Positions 57,151-64,000 of a stretch of 64,000 nucleotides of DNA are shown here, piece by piece. The notes beneath the pieces are model-generated. The model was not told the DNA's origin, made no database searches, and saw only the letters and a list, made by a program, of their open reading frames with translations. The stretch is taken from the sequence record MK250019.1; one strand, given 5' to 3'. Each line of letters begins with the position of its first letter. The stretch's first letter is position 1. The position numbers and the translations under genes are program-made.

Positions 57151-57685
57151 AAATGTTATAGATAAAATTAAATATCTATATAAAAGGTTATATAAAGCCG
57201 AATTATTTTCTTCATCGTTAGCAGTTCGTATGAATGAGCGTGATGACTTTTATGAATATTCTAGACAACATCAACCTGCGTTTAAGATAGCTATGATGGA
57301 ATTACTTAGTCATCCAGATGAAATGAATGCTCGTATTCCTTTTTACTGTTGTTATATATTACGTGAAAATGATTTTCTTAAATTATATGAAAATAAAAAG
57401 GATAAATTACCTTTAAATGAAGATTATGAATGGGATGAATGTAATTTATGGTTGAATCATTTTAAATCAACAAAAGATATAGATTACTACAAAGATTACA
57501 AAGAATATAAAAGATATTTAAATTTGAATTTTAAACTATTTAATCCATTTACTGGTAAAGATCCAAATCCTACATATGAAGAATATATCAGAAAAAGAGA
57601 TTCTATCGATTCAATAAATAAATTTGTAACTAAATTAATAAAAGATAATAATATAAAGATAACATGGAAGTACGAGACGAAGTAA
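57131..57685 (+). CDS. Hypothetical protein
   Basis: 184-aa TAG-free ORF overlapping both neighbours. Confidence 0.6.
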   Translation: MIMETTRNVIDKIKYLYKRLYKAELFSSSLAVRMNERDDFYEYSRQHQPAFKIAMMELLSHPDEMNARIPFYCCYILRENDFLKLYENKKDKLPLNEDYEWDECNLWLNHFKSTKDIDYYKDYKEYKRYLNLNFKLFNPFTGKDPNPTYEEYIRKRDSIDSINKFVTKLIKDNNIKITWKYETK

Positions 57686-58017
57686 AAAAGCGTATGGAAG
57701 AATCGTTAAAAGGATGTAAGATTATAGATAAACAAGACACACCTAAAACTACAATACTTCCAGATCTTTCAGATCCTGCTGAATATAAAAGATGGTTTAA
57801 TATGGGTCCAAAAGAAGCAATGGTAAATCTACAAAAATATGTTGATTTAAACAAGAAAGATAATATTAACTTTGAAACGGAGTTTAACTATCTTTATACG
57901 AATGGTGGAATTTGTGGATGGAATAAAATACCATATACAACATTTTATAATATTATATATGGTAAACAGCGTGTTGATTTTAATGGTAATTTAACAGGTA
58001 ATTTAACAAATAATTAA
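57664..58017 (+). CDS. Hypothetical protein
   Basis: 117-aa TAG-free ORF. Confidence 0.55.
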   Translation: MEVRDEVKKRMEESLKGCKIIDKQDTPKTTILPDLSDPAEYKRWFNMGPKEAMVNLQKYVDLNKKDNINFETEFNYLYTNGGICGWNKIPYTTFYNIIYGKQRVDFNGNLTGNLTNN

Positions 58018-58019
58018 AC

Positions 58020-58166
58020 ATGAATGTAGAACGAGCATTATTAAAATTAAATAAATTAAAATCTGAAATGGAAGTAGAATGCTTTTATAATACCAATGTT
58101 GAATATAAAGCAAAACCATGGTTAGAATTGGTGGAAGATACTATAGCATTTTTAGATGGTAAATAA
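58020..58166 (+). CDS. Small hypothetical protein (48 aa)
   Basis: ATG 2 nt after the upstream stop; TAA 58164-58166. Confidence 0.45.
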   Translation: MNVERALLKLNKLKSEMEVECFYNTNVEYKAKPWLELVEDTIAFLDGK

Positions 58167-58181
58167 AATTTATATAAAGTT

Positions 58182-58535
58182 ATGTCATATAATTTAATAC
58201 CAAAATATTATACATTATATCCTGAGTGTTCAAGTTCAACTTATTTATATTTTCATGATGAACCTTATGCTTATTGGTTAGAGAATAGTGAATATAAAGT
58301 TTATGAATGGGTTTTATTTAAAGAATATAATGATTATAAATCTGTCTGTCATCCAAATGATTGTATATCTGCAATAAGTTATAATGATCTTATTGATTCA
58401 TTTAAAACATATTCATTTTATGAGAATATGGATCGTGAAAAGATGTGCAGAACATTTAGACAAAGATCATTAGAAACAGAATTTGGACCTGAATCTGAAC
58501 CTTATTGGGATTTTGAAGATTTTGTTGATGAATAA
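58182..58535 (+). CDS. Hypothetical protein
   Basis: 117-aa TAG-free ORF. Confidence 0.55.
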   Translation: MSYNLIPKYYTLYPECSSSTYLYFHDEPYAYWLENSEYKVYEWVLFKEYNDYKSVCHPNDCISAISYNDLIDSFKTYSFYENMDREKMCRTFRQRSLETEFGPESEPYWDFEDFVDE

Positions 58536-58559
58536 TATATTTTATTTTTAAATAAGAAA

Positions 58560-58590
58560 ATGGGAGATGAAATGAATTTCATCTCCCATA
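58560..58590. terminator. Perfect hairpin between convergent genes
   Basis: ATGGGAGATGAAAT-GA-ATTTCATCTCCCAT flanked by A/T runs. Confidence 0.75.
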
Positions 58591-58605
58591 TATTTTATAA
58601 ATATT

Positions 58606-59529
58606 TTATGATTCCAGTCCATGAACTTCTACTGCTAAGAAACCTAAGGCATAGAAGTTATTTTCCTTACTGTTGCCGTAGATGCCACCATTATCGAGAC
58701 CGACAAAGTACTCAGTGATACTTGTATCCTCTCTACTACTCCAATAATAGTCGTCCTCACCGAAACCACTACCAACCAATGCAGTTCTCTTTTCATCTAT
58801 AGCTGTTTTATTCGCATAAATCTGATATAATTCACCAGGCATTGGTAGATACCAGTCACCTGGTTTAGTACCAGGCGTAGAATATGCAACGCAGCAACAT
58901 GCTGGAGCACAGTAACCAGTATCTGAATTATTTGTTACACCATCACCACCACATATATTCTAATCTTGATTTGTAGCTTTAGATAAACATTGTTGTGTGT
59001 TCCATTTACCACCTATATATGCGGTTTCGTCAGTTCCACCTTTTACATTACCTATTCTTGTATCATAATTACCAAAGTACATATTCTGAGCATCGTCAGT
59101 TCCAGTTGTAGGTATTTTATAATTCATATAATTTATAGAAACGAATCTTGCTGTTTTAACAGCACCAGTTGAATCATCTCCTTCTTTAAAGTTTTCCATT
59201 ACTTCAGGAATTACACAAATTGCAATTGCGGTGTTATTTTTATTATTAGTCTATGCATCAAGTGTAAGTTTACCATCCGCAGTTGAATAAAGAACATCTG
59301 CAACAGCAGGAGTCTTCTTTGTTGATGAAGGATCTAACTTAACAGGAGTCATATTTACTGAATTTAGTTTCAAACAATTAGGTCCTGGATGTATATGATC
59401 ACAAAAATCTACATTCTTTATACCATTAGTTGTTGAAACACCAAATACAAATGCACCATCTCCATGTTTAATTTGTGATATTGCATTATTCATTTCTGTA
59501 TCAGATGAAAACTATTTAATGAATTTCAT
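58606..59529 (-). CDS. DUF1566/Lcl-type C-type-lectin-fold protein (307 aa, code 15), possible DGR target
   Basis: Three track ORFs are joined. Contains GDWYLPMPGEL...YYWSSRE...GLDNG; TATAAATA on the minus strand at 59551-59558. Confidence 0.75.
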
Positions 59530-59759
59530 AAATAATATAATTTTTTATTATATTTATACAGATAGAAAATGTTTTTATACAATCTCATAACTTAATAAAC
59601 ATAACTTAATTATTATAAAATAAACATCACTATTATTAAAACTTAATAATTTTAATAAAATTCTATTAAAATAACTAAAATTTTATTAGTTTTTTAATAT
59701 AATTTTGATAATATTTTTCAACCAGTATATAGTATCTGTGATTAATTATTTTATACTAA

Positions 59760-61694
59760 TTATGAATTATTTATAATTTTTTCTACTTCTGCTCTTTTCT
59801 TTGCAGATACAATCCAACCCGGTGTTTTAACACCATTTATATTTAAAAATTTATTATATCGACAACCAATTTCTTTTAATTTATCTTTAATAGGAAGAAT
59901 ATCTTTATAATCACCATATATAGCAATTGCTCTATCTGAATAATCATAAATCTTTACATTACTATTATTTGTTACTTCAGTTCCCTTATTATTTTCAGAA
60001 TTAACTTCTGTATTATTTGTTGCAGTAATATCTGATTTACGTGGTCTTCCTCTACGTTTCTTTACCGGTTGAATTTCATCATTATTTGTTTCATCTGATG
60101 TCTGTTTAACAACATTATTTTCTTTTACTTTATTTCTTAATTCTTTCCTTAATTGTTTAGCTTCTTCTTTTCGTTGTTCAACAATTTTAGCTCTACGCTC
60201 TTCAACAGGTTTAACAATTACATCGCGTAAAGTTTCTGTACCACCTTTTTCAAGTTTAAATGATGTATGATCTAACCATTTACAGAATGCTTCATATGTT
60301 CTATGTCCATCTGTAATAGAAAGACGTTTCATAAGAGTATATGAAATAAATCTATCACCTAATGATTTTATACGTATTACCCAGTTATTACCAAAATATG
60401 TTGTGTCAGGTTTTAAATATTTGATACAGTTTTCTTTCATTAATTCTGCATCTTCTTTCTTATCTTCTGTACGTTTATTTACAGAATCAATTTTTGCTTT
60501 TTCTTTTATAAAAGCTTCTTGTGCTTCTTTATTATCTGGTTCTACATATTCTCTATGTGGTCCATCTTTTGAACTATAGCAATCAAGGAACCAATCTTTC
60601 GATGTCAATATTGTTTTCCATTGTGGTTTTGTTGGTTTCCATCGTCTGCAATTAGCCTCAAATTTATAAGAACCTAGTTGAATCATAATTCCATAATTTT
60701 TACCAGGAAATCCACCAGCTTCAAAATTAAATTTAGGTAAATTCTCCATAGTAATACCTTCAAATGATATATAAGGCAAAACTCTCCATGGTAATTGTCT
60801 AACTCTTACTCTCAATTCTGAGCAATTAGAAGGGAAACCGACAAAATTTATTTTAACTTTTCCATCTAATGGTTGATATGGTTGATTAACAGTTCTTTCA
60901 TCATCAAATTCTAATTGAGCTCTATATGTTCCATTAGGTAAACCTGTAAGATTTCCTGTTTTTGGTAATCCTTTATATGAATAAGTAGTATTCTTGAATG
61001 TATTATTTACTTTTTTAATAAATGAATAATCATTCATATTATAACATTCCATTAAACTTATTGAATCAGTTGATTCAATGTTAATAGTTTCATTATCAAT
61101 CCAACATCTTAATAAATTAATATCAACATCACCTTTATAATAATAGTTATGTTCATCAAATACAGTAGAATATAATTTCTCTTCCTTAATATCATCACCA
61201 TTAACATAAAAGTTTTTTGGATAAACACCCTTTAAACCGGCACTAATAAAATTGATATTTTTTAAGTCTATTATATTATTAATTACATCTGAATCTTTTG
61301 CATTTACATATCTTCCAACTTCTAGATTATATCTAAGCAATACATTACTGATACTGAATTCATTAAGTTCATCAATAAATTTCTGTGCATCATTTAAACG
61401 TCTAAAAGATACATGTGTTAAATAAACTTTCGGTTCTTCTGGTTTTTTTGTTTCATAATAGAATGCTACTGTAGAACCTTCTACTTCTGAATGAACTTTT
61501 TTATCTACCGCATTTTTAATATCAATATAGCTATTACTGAAGGTTTGCTCTGTTAAATACGATTCACAATATGTTAACATATTTTTCGTTATCTTACCAG
61601 CAAGATCAGATGATAAATCATCTCGGTTATCTACAATATCCTCAAAATCATCATCAAATAAACTTTCAATCAAACGTTTTACACATTTATTCAT
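59760..61694 (-). CDS. Hypothetical protein (644 aa) with AT-hook and C-terminal YSDRAIAIYGD...GWIVS domain
   Basis: KKRRGRPRKS AT-hook; N-terminal LIESLFDD leader; no in-frame TAG. Confidence 0.7.
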   Translation of the reverse strand: MNKCVKRLIESLFDDDFEDIVDNRDDLSSDLAGKITKNMLTYCESYLTEQTFSNSYIDIKNAVDKKVHSEVEGSTVAFYYETKKPEEPKVYLTHVSFRRLNDAQKFIDELNEFSISNVLLRYNLEVGRYVNAKDSDVINNIIDLKNINFISAGLKGVYPKNFYVNGDDIKEEKLYSTVFDEHNYYYKGDVDINLLRCWIDNETINIESTDSISLMECYNMNDYSFIKKVNNTFKNTTYSYKGLPKTGNLTGLPNGTYRAQLEFDDERTVNQPYQPLDGKVKINFVGFPSNCSELRVRVRQLPWRVLPYISFEGITMENLPKFNFEAGGFPGKNYGIMIQLGSYKFEANCRRWKPTKPQWKTILTSKDWFLDCYSSKDGPHREYVEPDNKEAQEAFIKEKAKIDSVNKRTEDKKEDAELMKENCIKYLKPDTTYFGNNWVIRIKSLGDRFISYTLMKRLSITDGHRTYEAFCKWLDHTSFKLEKGGTETLRDVIVKPVEERRAKIVEQRKEEAKQLRKELRNKVKENNVVKQTSDETNNDEIQPVKKRRGRPRKSDITATNNTEVNSENNKGTEVTNNSNVKIYDYSDRAIAIYGDYKDILPIKDKLKEIGCRYNKFLNINGVKTPGWIVSAKKRAEVEKIINNS

Positions 61695-61753
61695 ATTTTA
61701 TAATTAAAAATTAACTTTTTATTATTTATTAAAAAGAAAAGATACAAGTTATA

Positions 61754-62944
61754 TTATCTAACTGTACCTTTTCCGAAAGCTTTATTAATATCTCGCTTAA
61801 TTTCTATTATCGTATTCTTTATATATGTTTTATCATAATCCAATATATAATCTTTAAATCTACTACCATTATACTTATATCCTTTAAGTTCATGAAATAA
61901 CTATAATACACGACTTAAACAATCTGTATATGTATTATTTTCTATTTTATATACAGATAATATATCATATATTTTTTGTTTTATATCATTAAACTATTTC
62001 TTTAATACATAAAAATCTCCTTCTGTATTATGGATTAACCTGTTAATCCCTTTTGATGTATAACCGGTAGATATAAGTAATGCTCTATCTACTAATGTAT
62101 TATATTTGTTAAATGGTGTTCTTATTTTTAGATTTAAGACTGTATTGAAATTTGTATCTGATTTTTGTCCAAGTTTTTTAAAGGTACCATCTTTATTAAA
62201 TTCACAATCAATTGCAATAGGTGCAGGCATAACATATGTTTTAAAATATTCAGCTTCACCTGTTTCTGAATTACAGAAATAAAAGAAAAATACAGTAGTA
62301 ATATTTCGAAGACATGTTTGACATTTATTTTCTTTTATTTCCAACTATCGCATATCATTTAAAATCTAATCAATACCTTTCATTGCATTATTAACTTTAC
62401 CCTTAAATGTATTATCATCAAAGAAACTACATAAAACTGATTTAACTTCTATATATGTTTCATCTCCATTTGGATATGTTAATTTAATATCTGGACATTC
62501 ATTCCTACCATTTGGTTCATGTTCAATTTTATAACCGTCAGTTTCTGAAAATATTCTATGTACAATATATTCTGATGTATCATGACATAAAGTCATAAGC
62601 ATTGAATCTTTATATAACAATTTATTTTCATATGACATAAACTATGTTAATGAACCATTAAATGTAATATTTTCAGTATCCTTATAGATTTCTGTAAAAT
62701 TCGGTTCTGGTAATGAAAGTGTTAAATAATAATCATCCATATAAGTATAAATGGAATTATACAATTTATAGAACTATCGTTTATACTCATCATCAGTAGA
62801 ATACTCTAACCACTATCGAATACTTTCTTCCAAATCATTTGCTACAAAAATACTATCATCTAATGATGATAGAAACTATCGTCTTTCCTATGGATTATTA
62901 ATACATTTAAGAATACGCTACGGACTTTTTGATTTATTTAACAT
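61754..62944 (-). CDS. PD-(D/E)xK restriction-endonuclease-like nuclease (396 aa, code 15)
   Basis: Track ORFs 61994 and 62366 are joined and extended through TAGs; PNGRNECPDIKL...YIEVKS catalytic motif. Confidence 0.65.
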
Positions 62945-62989
62945 TTTTTATTTTAGATTTATTTTAATACATATTATAATGAAACTGTA

Positions 62990-63349
62990 TTAAAAAGTCT
63001 TTTTAAAATTAATCAAAGATTCAGTTATATTTATAATTGTATCTCCTTTATAAACTGTTTCATTGAAATGATATTCATCTATAAGTTTCCCTTGTTTTGT
63101 CCGTATATTTAATTTCACATTAAAATTTAAAACATCATTATCTTCATCAGACACAATTAAATATTCATCATCAAATTTCATAATTACATGATGTTCAGAA
63201 TGTTCGTCTCCTATTAATACATTTAAATTGGTTATACAATAATTTTTAATTTTATTCTTTACAATAACATTAAATCTTTTATCTGATAATTTTCGCTCAT
63301 TATTTTTATTACCATTAAAAATATTTCTTAATAACGTAATCAATTTCAT
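62990..63349 (-). CDS. Hypothetical protein
   Basis: 119-aa TAG-free ORF with TAA stop. Confidence 0.55.
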   Translation of the reverse strand: MKLITLLRNIFNGNKNNERKLSDKRFNVIVKNKIKNYCITNLNVLIGDEHSEHHVIMKFDDEYLIVSDEDNDVLNFNVKLNIRTKQGKLIDEYHFNETVYKGDTIINITESLINFKKTF

Positions 63350-63434
63350 TTATTCTTAACAATTTATTTTCACCTAAAAATAAAAAGGAATATACTATCA
63401 CAATATATTCCTTTTATTTTATATATTTTGTCTT

Positions 63435-63986
63435 TTATTTATATTTAACCATATAATTAAATACCTGATCAAATGTTGATCCAATTGACCAGAAATTTTT
63501 TATATCTTTTATACTTTCATCTGCTACTATAACTGTTGTATCATAAAATTCATTATCATAAACTTCAGTTAACATTCTTAATTCATCACTTATTATACAA
63601 ATGGTATTTTCTGTTTGAAATTGTCTTGTTAACTTCAATTCTTTATCATCATTATATAAATTATATGGATATTCTTTATAAATATCGATAATAGGATTTA
63701 TAGCAATGAGATTTCCATCATAAAAAGATTGTAACCAGAAGTATGCTGCAGGTCCATCTGTTATAACACATGCATATTTGTCTATACATGCATATATAGT
63801 TTCAGAATCAATTTCCATCTGTATGTTTTCTGGCACATAATTATATTGTTTCTGTATATCATTAAATAGTTTAAAGACTATATCATAATTATCACCATAA
63901 CAAAATTTTATTTGTTCTATAAACATATTATAACGTTTATCAGTATTATAATCATGATCAAGAATAATTAAGATTTTTTGTTTCAT
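63435..63986 (-). CDS. Hypothetical protein
   Basis: 183-aa TAG-free ORF with TAA stop, followed by a terminator hairpin near 63384-63416. Confidence 0.55.
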   Translation of the reverse strand: MKQKILIILDHDYNTDKRYNMFIEQIKFCYGDNYDIVFKLFNDIQKQYNYVPENIQMEIDSETIYACIDKYACVITDGPAAYFWLQSFYDGNLIAINPIIDIYKEYPYNLYNDDKELKLTRQFQTENTICIISDELRMLTEVYDNEFYDTTVIVADESIKDIKNFWSIGSTFDQVFNYMVKYK

Positions 63987-64000
63987 AATTCAAAACATAT

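Noticed and set aside
59530-59759. AT-rich intergenic tract with short CATAACTTAAT repeats as a replication origin
   Set aside because: Only two short copies occur in a very AT-rich genome, and the region is explained by a terminator and late promoter.

Overview
AT-rich segment of a very large T4-like (myovirus-type) phage genome that reassigns TAG to Gln (genetic code 15). The combination of code 15, phage-encoded RF2, Bacteroidetes-type TAnnTTTG promoters and gene size resembles the Lak megaphages of Prevotella; that assignment is inference. Many fragments in the standard-code ORF track join into long genes when TAG is read as Gln: large terminase, gp13- and gp14-like neck proteins, baseplate proteins, an amidase endolysin, a 1386-aa repeat protein and free-standing nucleases. 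These TAG-containing blocks alternate with TAG-free blocks ending in TAA/TGA (RF2, CCA-adding enzyme, Dam, and an ABC/OmpA/PspA-like membrane module). tRNA-Leu(TAA) is present. The most unusual items are a stand-alone mini-intein with 8-aa and 5-aa exteins (53406-53879), an intergenic kissing-loop RNA candidate behind a late promoter (28572-28815), the host-like ABC/OmpA/PspA-like module, and a DGR-like variable region with no RT or template repeat in the window. Four N-gaps (483-505, 1453-1601, 24276-24301, 46063-46083) limit certainty locally. All coordinates were derived by hand translation.
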